Below are positions 39,000 to 48,389 of a DNA stretch of 64,000 nt, piece by piece. The stretch is from NCBI GenBank assembly GCA_044228445.1, contig JBGAUV010000002.1, positions 140,600-204,599 of the forward strand, written 5' to 3'. The notes beneath the pieces were generated by a model. The model saw only the letters and a list, made by a program, of their open reading frames with translations, was not told the DNA's origin and did no database searches. The position numbers and the translations under genes are program-made. Positions within the stretch are counted from its first letter, which is position 1, and each line of letters starts with the position of its first letter. This DNA comes from Minisyncoccia bacterium. GTDB lineage: Bacteria; Patescibacteriota; Minisyncoccia; Phycocordibacterales; PALSA-1337.

Positions 39000-40100
39000 T
39001 TATAACGATTTTTGATATCTAGAAATGTTTGCAACAATTCCAACTGCTAATAGTGTAACTATAAGTGCTGTACCTCCATGGCTAATAAATAATAATGGCA
39101 TTCCAGAAAGTGGAAGCAAACCAGTCATTGAAGATATATTCATAAATGACTCTGTTGTAATAAGTATAACAATTCCTATAGTTACAAGTCCACTAAATAC
39201 ATCCGGTGCTTTAACTGATATTTTAAAACCTCTAATTACAAAGAAAATAAATAAAGCAATAATAGTCAAACTTCCAACAAAACCGAATTCCTCTGCTTGA
39301 ACAGCAAATATTGAATCTCCTATTGGCTCTGGTAAATAATTAAACTTTTGAACACTCTGCCCATAACCTCTACCAAATAATTTCCCCGAACCTATTGCTA
39401 TCAGGGATTGTTGTATTTGATAACCAGAACCTTGAGTATTAGAATTTGGTCTAAAAAAAGTCATAATTCTATCCCTTATATATGGTCTTGCAATTGCCAA
39501 GCCAGCAATAAGACCAAGTAAAATTACACCAATTAAGATTATATTTCTAAACTTTGCTCCTGAAGCAAAAAGCATAGCAATTCCAGTCCCTGCTATTACT
39601 ACAAGAGTATCAGTATCTGATTGAGAGATCAAAAGTAAACTAAGTATTCCAGTTATTATAAGATAAGGTAGTATTCCATATCTAAATTCTTTAATTTTAT
39701 CCTTAAAATGTGATAACCAAGCAGCCATATAAATAATATAAGCAATCTTTAAAAATTCTGATGGCTGAAATGTAATAAAGCCTAAATCTATCCATCTACT
39801 TGCCCCACCATGATTTAAGGTAAATGAAGGAATAAATAATAAAAGATTTATACCTATAGCTAACATGAAAATATAAAATGAATACTTTCTAAGTATTTTA
39901 TAGTTAATTCTAGACATAGTATAAAAAGCAATCATACCAAGTATCAAACCCGCTGTTTGGTTTAATGCTACAGATTTAAAATTTGCACCATCTCTTGCTA
40001 ATAAACCAAGTGAAGCAGAGGTAAAAATAAAAAAGCCTAATAGTGTTAAAACTAGTATTGTAATTAAATATATTTTATCTATTTTGAGTTTTTCACTCAT
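39000..40100 (-). CDS. ftsW: SEDS family peptidoglycan glycosyltransferase FtsW
   Basis: ASRWI, FQPSEFLK, GYQIQQS, LPEPIGDSIF, ISHGGT; directly upstream of murG. Confidence 0.9.
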   Translation of the reverse strand: MSEKLKIDKIYLITILVLTLLGFFIFTSASLGLLARDGANFKSVALNQTAGLILGMIAFYTMSRINYKILRKYSFYIFMLAIGINLLLFIPSFTLNHGGASRWIDLGFITFQPSEFLKIAYIIYMAAWLSHFKDKIKEFRYGILPYLIITGILSLLLISQSDTDTLVVIAGTGIAMLFASGAKFRNIILIGVILLGLIAGLAIARPYIRDRIMTFFRPNSNTQGSGYQIQQSLIAIGSGKLFGRGYGQSVQKFNYLPEPIGDSIFAVQAEEFGFVGSLTIIALFIFFVIRGFKISVKAPDVFSGLVTIGIVILITTESFMNISSMTGLLPLSGMPLLFISHGGTALIVTLLAVGIVANISRYQKSL

Positions 40101-40123
40101 AATGTTTATCTTAATTCATTATT

Positions 40124-40696
40124 TTAAACTTGATTTTCATTTTGCTGTTCTGTTTCATTTTCATTTTTTATCAAATCTATCTTTTTTCTAATCTCTTCAT
40201 ATTCAGGCATATCATCGAGTTTTGATAAACCCAGATGTGAAATTAGTTGTAGACTAGGTTTGTATAAATAGCTTCTTGCATCTTTTGTATTCTCAACTTT
40301 TTCAATCAACCCTCTCATAAGTAAGTTTCTAACAATAAACTGGGAATTTACCCCTCTTATATAGTCTATTTCAGCTCTACTTACTGGACCTTGATAAATT
40401 ATGATTGATAAGGTTTCAATTCCTGCTTTTCCAAGATCTCTATTTAATTCATCTTTTCTAACCTTTTCAATTATTTCGGAAGTCTCACCAGAAGTTGTGA
40501 GTGTATATTCATCTTCATGTTCAACTAAAGTAATACCTCTGTCTTTTAGATCTTGTTTTAATTCTTGTATACCTTGTTTTATATCTTGCTCTTTTACTTC
40601 AAGGATATTACATAACTTTTTCAAGGATAAAGGTTCGGCTTTATAAAAAAGTATTGCTTCGATATTTTTTGAAAGTGAATTCTTTTTATTTTCCAT
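40124..40696 (-). CDS. scpB: SMC-Scp complex subunit ScpB
   Basis: IEAILF, ETLSIIIY, IDYIRGVNS. Confidence 0.95.
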   Translation of the reverse strand: MENKKNSLSKNIEAILFYKAEPLSLKKLCNILEVKEQDIKQGIQELKQDLKDRGITLVEHEDEYTLTTSGETSEIIEKVRKDELNRDLGKAGIETLSIIIYQGPVSRAEIDYIRGVNSQFIVRNLLMRGLIEKVENTKDARSYLYKPSLQLISHLGLSKLDDMPEYEEIRKKIDLIKNENETEQQNENQV

Positions 40697-40699
40697 ATA

Positions 40700-41434
40700 T
40701 TAATTATACCTTGGAATAGAAAGCTTTTTTGTTTCCATGTTTATATCTCCAAAATTCTTGTCTTGATTTGCATCAATAATTCCTTGTTTTACGAGTTCAA
40801 GCATAGCCAAAAAGCTAACAATTACATTTACCTTTTCTTGTTTATGTTCTTTTGTAAATTCATTAAAACTCATTTTAAGACCTGAAGTTATTCTTTCTGT
40901 TAACTTCGTTATACTTTCTTCAAGACTTATTATTTTTCTAACTACAGCTTTTGGTATAGCCTCCTTTTTTGGCATGCTATTTATTATATTTTTTATACCT
41001 AAAACTATATTTGGTATATCCATTGTTTTATGTGGAGAAAATATAGGTTCAAACTTTCTATCCCCTTCTTGTAAATATAAAACATTTTTACCAAAAAGAT
41101 TTGTTATGTTTTGACTAGCGTCTTTTATTTGTTTGTATATTTTAAGTCTAGTTTCTAGATCTTCAATACCTTGTTCCTCTTCTTCAGTTAGAGTCAAACT
41201 AGGTAGAAGAGATTTTGATTTTATTAAAAGTAAAGTCGAAGCAATAAGTATAAACTGAGCAGAATCACCCATACTATTTCTATTATTCGTATGATTTAGA
41301 CTTTCTACATATTTTATAAAATCATCAGTTACTTTTGAGAGAGCAATATCATTTATAAGTAATTTTCTTTTTTCAATAAGATCAAGTAGTAACTCGAGTG
41401 GACCTACAAAACTTTCAGTCTTTATTTCAAACAT
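40700..41434 (-). CDS. scpA: segregation/condensation protein ScpA
   Basis: FVGPLELLLDLI, LLLIKSKSLLP, FLAMLELVK. Confidence 0.95.
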   Translation of the reverse strand: MFEIKTESFVGPLELLLDLIEKRKLLINDIALSKVTDDFIKYVESLNHTNNRNSMGDSAQFILIASTLLLIKSKSLLPSLTLTEEEEQGIEDLETRLKIYKQIKDASQNITNLFGKNVLYLQEGDRKFEPIFSPHKTMDIPNIVLGIKNIINSMPKKEAIPKAVVRKIISLEESITKLTERITSGLKMSFNEFTKEHKQEKVNVIVSFLAMLELVKQGIIDANQDKNFGDINMETKKLSIPRYN

Positions 41435-41448
41435 TACTAAATAATAAT

Positions 41449-42531
41449 CTAAAATCCTTCTTTCCTCAATTCCTCAATAGTCTTTTTTGCAGATTTTGAA
41501 AGCTTTTTTGGCATATCAATTATGACTGTGATAAGTAAATCACCTCTTTTATTTCCTCTTTCATGAGGTACACCCTTTCCTCTTACTCTCAAAACCTCAC
41601 CATGAATTACTCCTTCAGGTATATGCAAATCTATATCACCATCAAGTGTTTTTATAGGAATATCACCACCAAGCAGAGCTGTTGAAAGTTTGATATGTAA
41701 ATCCATTAATATATTTTCTCCATCCTTTTCGAAAACTGGGTGATCTTGAACATGGATTTTTACATAAAGATCTCCTGATTGACCACCAGATATTGCTTCA
41801 CCCATACCAGAAAGACGTACCATTTCCCCATCATTTACTCCTGGAGGAATTTTTACTGATATTTCATGTCTACCTTCTGTTATACCTTCACCTTTACATG
41901 TTGAACACTTTTCTTTTGGAATTTCACCCTTTCCTTTACATTCATCACATACACGAGTAGTTGAAAATGCACCCATGAAAGTCTTCTTTGTTTCATGTAT
42001 TTTTCCTTTACCTGCACACTTTACACAAGTCTTACTTCCAGATCCTGGTTTACCTCCTGTACCATTACATGTACTGCATGTGGCTGATTTTGTTAAAACA
42101 ATATCTCTTTCAACACCGAAAACAGATTCAGAAAAATTAATTTCAATATCTATAGATATATCTCTACCTCTTTTTGTTCTTCTTTGTCCCCCACCACCGA
42201 ATATATCACCAAATATATCTCCAAGATCAAACTCTACACCACCATTTTGAGTAAAGCCTGAAAAGTCAAAACCACCGAAACCTTGTCCTCCAAAGCCTCC
42301 TTGTCCTGGATTGAATCCTGCACCAGCTTGTCCATATGTATCATATTGTTTTCTTTTATTATCATCACTAAGCACACTATATGCTTCACTAGCTTCTTTA
42401 AACTTTTGATTAGAAGTTTCACCACCACCTTTATCTGGGTGATGTTCATGGGCAATCTTTCTAAATGCCTTTTTTATATCGTCTTTTGAAGCGCTTTTAT
42501 CCACGCCTAGGATTTTGTAATAGTCTTTCAT
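41449..42531 (-). CDS. dnaJ: molecular chaperone DnaJ
   Basis: MKDYYKILGV, HPD, G/F-rich region, four CxxCxGxG repeats; start moved to ATG 42531. Confidence 0.97.
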   Translation of the reverse strand: MKDYYKILGVDKSASKDDIKKAFRKIAHEHHPDKGGGETSNQKFKEASEAYSVLSDDNKRKQYDTYGQAGAGFNPGQGGFGGQGFGGFDFSGFTQNGGVEFDLGDIFGDIFGGGGQRRTKRGRDISIDIEINFSESVFGVERDIVLTKSATCSTCNGTGGKPGSGSKTCVKCAGKGKIHETKKTFMGAFSTTRVCDECKGKGEIPKEKCSTCKGEGITEGRHEISVKIPPGVNDGEMVRLSGMGEAISGGQSGDLYVKIHVQDHPVFEKDGENILMDLHIKLSTALLGGDIPIKTLDGDIDLHIPEGVIHGEVLRVRGKGVPHERGNKRGDLLITVIIDMPKKLSKSAKKTIEELRKEGF

Positions 42532-42610
42532 TGGTATAAATAATAACAAATTTATGGGAGAGTTAGTATTGACTGTTTTACTTATAAATGTTATTGTTTT
42601 TTTATGTATC

Positions 42611-42646
42611 AAGACCGGCCTCTCCTTGTGAGACAAGCCGGTTTTC
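42611..42646. terminator. hairpin upstream of dnaJ
   Basis: AAGACCGGC...GCCGGTTTT outer stem with inner TCTC/GAGA. Confidence 0.55.
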
Positions 42647-42649
42647 TTA

Positions 42650-42677
42650 TTGACAGCATAAGATACTTTGTTAGAAT
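42650..42677 (+). promoter_or_regulatory. strong sigma-70 promoter for the ncRNA
   Basis: TTGACA-16 bp-TAGAAT with extended TG. Confidence 0.7.
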
Positions 42678-42685
42678 ATAAATAC

Positions 42686-42897
42686 AGGTGGCGTGTTGAG
42701 GTTGAATCAAGCTCACGCCAATATATGTATCATATACTGCGCATGCGTATGTATGTGAAAACATCCTGATGATGAACCATGGTTCATCCGCATAACGGCG
42801 ACTTAAGTCCGTAAGGATCCTAGTTTATCTGGTGTAGTAAATTAGAGAGTTCGTCTATGTTATGTAGCACCATTGGCGCATTCAACCTGCGCCTTTT
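42686..42897 (+). ncRNA. unidentified structured ncRNA (~210 nt; 6S RNA is one candidate)
   Basis: 5' and 3' ends pair (GGCGT/GCGCC, AGGTTGAAT/ATTCAACCT, CGCCAAT/ATTGGCG); several internal hairpins; no sizeable ORF; own promoter. Confidence 0.7.
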
Positions 42898-42910
42898 CTA
42901 TTTAATTTAA

Positions 42911-42946
42911 AAAAACCAGCCTATCCTTTCGGAAAGCTGGCTTTTT
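42911..42946. terminator. bidirectional terminator-like hairpin
   Basis: AAAAACCAGC...TCC-TTTC-GGA...GCTGGCTTTTT. Confidence 0.65.
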
Positions 42947-43070
42947 CTTCTCTTATTAATATTGCAATAAGAAGCAATATCGCGGAAAAGATTTTGATAT
43001 GAAGGAATTCTATGTTCCAGGACAAAATCGCGAGGAATAGCAGAAGTGCTGATAAAATTTTTTCTTTCAT
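42921..43070 (-). CDS. 49-aa hydrophobic small membrane protein
   Basis: MKEKILSALLLFLAILSWNIEFLHIKIFSAILLLIAILIREEKASFPKG; two short hydrophobic segments. Confidence 0.45.
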   Translation of the reverse strand: MKEKILSALLLFLAILSWNIEFLHIKIFSAILLLIAILIREEKASFPKG

Positions 43071-43173
43071 TCTTTGCTCTTTATATATTAAGGAAAAAAT
43101 GATGTCAAATTGATGTGTAGCTCTACACCATGAAGCTACTAACTTCATATTGCCTATATGTATAGTCAATATG

Positions 43174-43206
43174 AAAAAAGAGGGTGCTCTGGCTCCCTCT
43201 TTTTTC
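43174..43206 (-). terminator. terminator after dnaK
   Basis: AAAAAAGAGGG...CCCTCTTTTTT. Confidence 0.8.
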
Positions 43207-43213
43207 TATTTAC

Positions 43214-45115
43214 CTACTTTTTCTCTTTAAACTCCGCATCTCTTACATTATCCCCTTCACTTCCTCCATTTTGTCCACCTTGATTTTGATCTGTATTTCC
43301 ACCCTGTGGAGGTTGCTGTTGATTCATGTACTGCCCTATCTTTTGAAGCTCTGTAGACAATGCCTCGGTAGAAGACTTTATAGCCCCTACATCACTACCA
43401 TCCTTTACCCCTTTTAATGCACTTATTTTGTCTTCTATAGCCTTTTTTAGGTCTGCTGGAGCCTTATCACCTGTATCCTTCAAAGCCTTTTCTGAGGTGT
43501 ATATAAGCTGTTCTGCAACATTCTTTACTTCTATTGCATCTTTCTTTGCTTTATCTTCAGCTTCATGTTTTGCAGCTTCTGATTTCATCTTTTCTACTTC
43601 ATCCTTTGAAAGACCTGAGCTTGCTGTGATCTTTATACTATTTGCTTTACCTGTAGCTTTATCTTTTGCTGTTACGCTCAATATTCCATTTGCATCAACA
43701 TCAAAGCTAACTTCCACTTGTGGCATACCACGAGGTGCTGGAGCTATTCCATCTAGGATAAATCTACCTAGAGACTTGTTGTCACTTGCCATTGCTCTTT
43801 CACCTTGTGTTATATGTATTTCAACTGATGTCTGATTGTCAGCGGCAGTTGAAAATACTTGTGAACGCTGTGTTGGAACTGTTGTATTTTTTTCTATTAA
43901 CTTTGTGGCTACTCCACCAAGTGTTTCTATACTTAGTGATAGCGGGATAACATCTAGAAGTAGCACATCTTTTACTTCACCACCTAAGATTCCTCCTTGA
44001 ATAGCAGCACCTACCGCAACCACCTCATCGGGATTCACACCCATATGAGGATCTTTGCCAAACATATTCTTTACTGCAGTCTGAAGCGCTGGCATACGCG
44101 TCTGACCTCCAACTAGAATAACTTCATTTATTTCACCTACTTTAAATGGTGAAGCATCCATTGCCCTCTTTGTAATCATCATAGCTCGGTCTATGAACTC
44201 CTGACATAGCTCTTCTAGTTTTGCTCTAGTTAGAGTTACAAGTAAGTGCTTTGGACCATCAGAACCTGATGATATGAAAGGAATATTTATTTCAGTTTGC
44301 ACTGCAGTTGAAAGTTCTATCTTTGCTTTTTCAGCAGCTTCATCTAGTCTCTGTAATGCAAGTGCATCTTTCTTTAGATCAATTCCATTTTCCTTTTGGA
44401 AAGTATCAGCTAGCCAAGAGACGATTTTTGCATCAATATCACGACCTCCAAGGTGTGAGTCTCCGTCAGTTGATTTTACTTCAACAACATCATCTCCAAC
44501 TTCAAGTACAGATATATCAAATGTACCTCCACCGAAGTCGAATACTGCTATTTTTTCATCTTTCTTCTTATTGAAACCATAAGCAAGAGCAGCTGCTGTA
44601 GGTTCATTTATTATTCTTTTTACATCAAGGCCTGCAATTTTTCCTGCATCCTTTGTAGCTTGTCTTTGTGAATCGTTAAAATAAGCAGGAACTGTAATAA
44701 CAGCTTCTGTTATTTTTTCTCCAAGACGAGCTTCGGCATCATTCTTTAATTTCTGAAGTATCATGGCTGAAACTTCTTCTGGACGAATCCATTTTCCACC
44801 ATAGTTTACTTCTATACCTCCATTTGATGATTTTCTAACTTCGAAAGGAATATTTTTAATATCCTTTTGAACACTTTCTTCATCAAAGTTATGCCCAATG
44901 AATCTTTTTATTTGGTATATAGTATTCTTTGGGTTTGTAACTGCTTGTCGCTTTGCTAGAAGTCCTACTAGTCTCTCTCCAGTCTTTGACTGAGCAACTA
45001 TAGAAGGAGTAGTTCTAGCGCCTTCTGCATTTTCCAAAACCTTTGGAACACCTGCTTCCATAACAGCGACTGCGGAAAAGGTAGTTCCAAGGTCGATTCC
45101 AATTATTTTTGACAT
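43214..45115 (-). CDS. dnaK: molecular chaperone DnaK
   Basis: [36 protein letters not shown]. Confidence 0.99.
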   Translation of the reverse strand: MSKIIGIDLGTTFSAVAVMEAGVPKVLENAEGARTTPSIVAQSKTGERLVGLLAKRQAVTNPKNTIYQIKRFIGHNFDEESVQKDIKNIPFEVRKSSNGGIEVNYGGKWIRPEEVSAMILQKLKNDAEARLGEKITEAVITVPAYFNDSQRQATKDAGKIAGLDVKRIINEPTAAALAYGFNKKKDEKIAVFDFGGGTFDISVLEVGDDVVEVKSTDGDSHLGGRDIDAKIVSWLADTFQKENGIDLKKDALALQRLDEAAEKAKIELSTAVQTEINIPFISSGSDGPKHLLVTLTRAKLEELCQEFIDRAMMITKRAMDASPFKVGEINEVILVGGQTRMPALQTAVKNMFGKDPHMGVNPDEVVAVGAAIQGGILGGEVKDVLLLDVIPLSLSIETLGGVATKLIEKNTTVPTQRSQVFSTAADNQTSVEIHITQGERAMASDNKSLGRFILDGIAPAPRGMPQVEVSFDVDANGILSVTAKDKATGKANSIKITASSGLSKDEVEKMKSEAAKHEAEDKAKKDAIEVKNVAEQLIYTSEKALKDTGDKAPADLKKAIEDKISALKGVKDGSDVGAIKSSTEALSTELQKIGQYMNQQQPPQGGNTDQNQGGQNGGSEGDNVRDAEFKEKK

Positions 45116-45192
45116 AGATTAATTTACTAATTAATAATTTTATGTATAATTCCTAAAGAAAGGAAACTAATAATATGTGGGGAGAATAAATC

Positions 45193-45236
45193 AAAAAAAA
45201 GGGTAATGAAATAGCAAATGCTAAAGTAATTCCCTT
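45193..45236 (-). terminator. weak terminator-like hairpin between the leader ORF and dnaK
   Basis: Minus strand AAGGGAAU...UAGC-AUUU-GCUA...AUUACCC followed by U8. Confidence 0.5.
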
Positions 45237-45241
45237 ATTTT

Positions 45242-45550
45242 TTATATTTGGGATGGTGCCCTAGTTGGTTGATTGGCTAAAATAAGGTCAAAGTTAAAAG
45301 GAGATATAAAAGATATAAATGAAGTTGTTCTATTAAAATATATTGAAACTATATTTTTTGAACTACATGGTAGATATATACTTTCAGTTTTTTCTACAAG
45401 TTTAACTAAAGGTTCAGCAGATATAATCTGACCTTGGAATACCCCATTTATTTCAACAATAGTAAAACGCACTCGGATAAGTAAACCATTTTTATCCTTT
45501 ACAATTCTCTCAAAAATATTGTTTAATTGTTTATTTTGAGTAGTTAACAT
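45242..45550 (-). CDS. hypothetical protein upstream of dnaK with C-terminal RAP motif
   Basis: 102-aa ORF from ATG 45550 ending ANQPTRAPSQI; TAGACA-16-TATAAT promoter at 45588-45561. Confidence 0.7.
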   Translation of the reverse strand: MLTTQNKQLNNIFERIVKDKNGLLIRVRFTIVEINGVFQGQIISAEPLVKLVEKTESIYLPCSSKNIVSIYFNRTTSFISFISPFNFDLILANQPTRAPSQI

Positions 45551-45603
45551 ATATAGCAATATTATATCAGTATTGTTTATATTGTCTAGATTAAATATAA
45601 AAT

Positions 45604-46167
45604 TTACCCCTTAAACTCCCCTACCTTTACCTTTGCTGGAATAAGTATTTTTCCATTTAACTTATATCCTTTATTTATTACAGCTATAACCTTATTATCC
45701 ATATTTTTATCTGAAACTGTTTCATATGAACTAGCATCATGTAGTGAATGATCAAAGTTTTCACCAATAGCTTTTATTTCTTCAAGTCCATTATCACTCA
45801 AGGCTTTTGTAAGTTGAGAATATATGTATTCAACTCCTATTCTCCAGTTTTTATCTGCTTTTTCCCAAGCCTCCTTATTTCCCATTGCCATATCAAAGCT
45901 TTGTAGTACTGGAAGTAAATCCTCTATCATTCTTTCATTTGCAAACTTTATATATTCCCTCTTTTCTTCCTCATCTCTTTTTCTTGCATTCAAAAGATCA
46001 GCTTTTGCTCTTTGCCAACCATTTAAATATTCAGATCTTTCTGCCAGAGCTTTTTTTAATTTCTCCTTTAAAACTTTAACAGTTTGAACAGCAGTCTCTT
46101 CAGTTATGACAGAGTCATCGATATTTTCATCCATATCGTATTTAATTTCATTAGTTTCATCGTTCAT
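45604..46167 (-). CDS. grpE: nucleotide exchange factor GrpE
   Basis: WQRAKADLLNARKR, LLPVLQSF, FDHSLHDA, KGYKLNGKILIPAKVKV. Confidence 0.96.
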   Translation of the reverse strand: MNDETNEIKYDMDENIDDSVITEETAVQTVKVLKEKLKKALAERSEYLNGWQRAKADLLNARKRDEEEKREYIKFANERMIEDLLPVLQSFDMAMGNKEAWEKADKNWRIGVEYIYSQLTKALSDNGLEEIKAIGENFDHSLHDASSYETVSDKNMDNKVIAVINKGYKLNGKILIPAKVKVGEFKG

Positions 46168-46212
46168 AGTGAAATTAGTATACGGCACTAAATTAAATTT
46201 GCAAGCCAAGAT

Positions 46213-46241
46213 AAAAGAAAACCCCTCTTCGGGGCTTTCTT
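46213..46241 (-). terminator. terminator after rpsI
   Basis: AAAGAAAACCCC-TCTTC-GGGGCTTTCTTT. Confidence 0.7.
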
Positions 46242-46246
46242 TATTA

Positions 46247-46654
46247 CTATCTTTTACTCCACTGTGGGCTCTTTCTCGCTTTCTTGAGACCGAACTTACG
46301 TCTTTCTTTAGCTCTAGGATCTCTCTTTAGAAGACCTGCTTTCTTTAATCTTCCACGAAGTTCTGCATCATATTCTATTAATGCTCTTGATATACCGTGT
46401 CTTAAAGCATCAGCTTGAGCGCTTAGTCCACCACCTTTTATAACAGCTGTAATTTTAAACTTTGTAGTAGTTAATTTTGAAGTAGTCATAGCTTCTGTAG
46501 CTGTAATCTGCATTTCCTTTACTGGGAAATAAGCTTCAACAGATTTACCGTTTATTTCATAAGAACTCTTATCTGAAGGAGTAATACGAACACGTGCTAC
46601 TGCTGTTTTTCTTCTTCCTACTGTTTCTATGTATTTATTTGCTATTGCTGACAT
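46247..46654 (-). CDS. rpsI: 30S ribosomal protein S9
   Basis: GRRKTAVARV, GGGLSAQ, KARKSPQWSKR. Confidence 0.98.
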   Translation of the reverse strand: MSAIANKYIETVGRRKTAVARVRITPSDKSSYEINGKSVEAYFPVKEMQITATEAMTTSKLTTTKFKITAVIKGGGLSAQADALRHGISRALIEYDAELRGRLKKAGLLKRDPRAKERRKFGLKKARKSPQWSKR

Positions 46655-46658
46655 AATA

Positions 46659-47006
46659 TTATTTTGTTATTGAAAGATTTTTCATCATTTCTTTTCTAAG
46701 GCTATTACTTGGAAGCATTCTATATACTGCTCTTCTGAAAGCCTCTTCAGTTCCTTTTCTTTCTATAAGATCAGAAAGCTTTTCAGTATTTATACCTCCT
46801 CTAAAACCTGTGAAAGTTACGTATTTTTTATCTTGTTTCTTCTTTTCATTTATATAAGCTTTATCACAGTTTATTATTGAAACCTTAACTTGTGGAGCTC
46901 TATTTCTAACAAAAGTAACTGTGTTTTTTCCCATCAGATAATTTGCAGCTTCTGATGCTACTCTTCCTAGTTTTTTGCCTTGTGCGTCTATGGTGTAATT
47001 TTTCAT
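46659..47006 (-). CDS. rplM: 50S ribosomal protein L13 (short form)
   Basis: IDAQGKKLGRVAS, AVYRMLP. Confidence 0.95.
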   Translation of the reverse strand: MKNYTIDAQGKKLGRVASEAANYLMGKNTVTFVRNRAPQVKVSIINCDKAYINEKKKQDKKYVTFTGFRGGINTEKLSDLIERKGTEEAFRRAVYRMLPSNSLRKEMMKNLSITK

Positions 47007-47020
47007 GTTTTTATTTCGTA

Positions 47021-47371
47021 TTATACAAATTCAATCATTGCCATAGGGGCTGCGTCAAGTCCTCTAGGTTCAAGCTTTATAATTCTTGTGTAACCACCTT
47101 TTCTATCCATATATTTTGGAGCAAGTTTTTCAACTAGGTGTTTTACTTCATCTTCACCGTGTATTTTTGAAATTAATACCCTTCTTGAAGCTACTGTATT
47201 TAGCTTTCCTTTTGTAACTAGTTTTTCAACATAAGGACGTAGGCTCTTTGCTTTTGCTAAAGTAGTTGTAATTCTACCTTCATTAATAAGGTTGCGAGCC
47301 AAAGATCTAAGCAGAGCGTCTCTCTGTCCCATCTCTCTTCCGAATTTTCTGTTTTTTGAATGGTGTCGCAT
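47021..47371 (-). CDS. rplQ: 50S ribosomal protein L17
   Basis: MRHH, ITTTLAKAK, RKGGYTRI. Confidence 0.98.
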   Translation of the reverse strand: MRHHSKNRKFGREMGQRDALLRSLARNLINEGRITTTLAKAKSLRPYVEKLVTKGKLNTVASRRVLISKIHGEDEVKHLVEKLAPKYMDRKGGYTRIIKLEPRGLDAAPMAMIEFV

Positions 47372-47387
47372 GGTATTAAATTAATTA

Positions 47388-48356
47388 CTACTTCAAATTT
47401 ATATTATATTGAGCCAATACTTTCTTTATCTCTTGAACTCCTTTGCTTCCAAGTCCATCAACATCAAGAATATCTGCTTCCTTCTTTCTTGCTAAACCTC
47501 CTACTGTTCTTATGTTTGCATTTGATAATGCTTTTACAGTTCTTGGTGAAAGTCCTATAGCATCTATTCTTGTCTTTAGGAATTCAACATCTAGTTCTTG
47601 CCTATCACCTCCTGCATCTTCTGTATCATCAGATTTTTCTGAGCTCTCAATCTCTATTTCTGGTTCTTTGAAACCAACTATAGCTTTTAGTTGAGTAATC
47701 ATTATTGATATTGATTCTTCAAGAGCCTCTTTTGGTGTAAGTGTACCATCTGTTTCTATTGAAAGTCTTAGACGGTTGAAATCTGTTCTATCACCAACAC
47801 GCATGTTCTCTACTTCATAGTTTACTCTCTTAATAGGTGTGAATGAAGCATCTAGAGATATACTTCCTATATCAACACGATCTTTATGTAGAGTTTCTTT
47901 TAGAACGAAACCAAGACCTTTTTCTACTGTAATATCCATATCTACTTCTGTAGCTTTATTTGTTATTTCAAATATTGTTAGATCTGGATTTAGGATTTCT
48001 ACTTGTCCTGGGAATTCAATATCCTTTGCTGTAACTTTCTTTACTCCCTTAGCTTTGATTGTAAGAATCTGAGGTTCATCTCCAGTTATTCTTATTCTAA
48101 GCTTTTTTAGATTTAGAAGGATAGTTATAACATCCTCTTTTACACCTTCTATACTTGAAAATTCATGTTCTACTCCACTTATTCTTACTTTTGTTACTGC
48201 TGCACCTGGAAGTGATGAAAGAATAATACGTCTTAGTGAATTACCAAGAGTATGACCATATCCAGGATATAGACCATCTATTTCGTATACACCACTAAAA
48301 CCCTCTTCACGAACAATTCTTGGTTTTGATGGTAGAACAATGTTATTGTTTGACAT
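47388..48356 (-). CDS. rpoA: RNA polymerase subunit alpha
   Basis: GYGHTLGNSLRRIILSS, HEFSSIEGVKED, VENMRVG. Confidence 0.98.
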   Translation of the reverse strand: MSNNNIVLPSKPRIVREEGFSGVYEIDGLYPGYGHTLGNSLRRIILSSLPGAAVTKVRISGVEHEFSSIEGVKEDVITILLNLKKLRIRITGDEPQILTIKAKGVKKVTAKDIEFPGQVEILNPDLTIFEITNKATEVDMDITVEKGLGFVLKETLHKDRVDIGSISLDASFTPIKRVNYEVENMRVGDRTDFNRLRLSIETDGTLTPKEALEESISIMITQLKAIVGFKEPEIEIESSEKSDDTEDAGGDRQELDVEFLKTRIDAIGLSPRTVKALSNANIRTVGGLARKKEADILDVDGLGSKGVQEIKKVLAQYNINLK

Positions 48357-48389
48357 ATTATTTTTATTAAAATTATTACCTTATTAAAA

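Noticed and set aside
42532-42636. 35-aa N-terminal extension of DnaJ in the ORF track
   Set aside because: The J-domain starts at MKDYY (42531); the extension runs through a hairpin
42800-42825. UCC-GUAA-GGA hairpin as SRP RNA helix 8
   Set aside because: The flanking CAGG/AGCA internal-loop consensus is absent
45205-45225. TAGCA/TGCTA palindrome upstream of dnaK as a CIRCE element
   Set aside because: Does not match TTAGCACTC-N9-GAGTGCTAA; better explained as the inner stem of the hairpin
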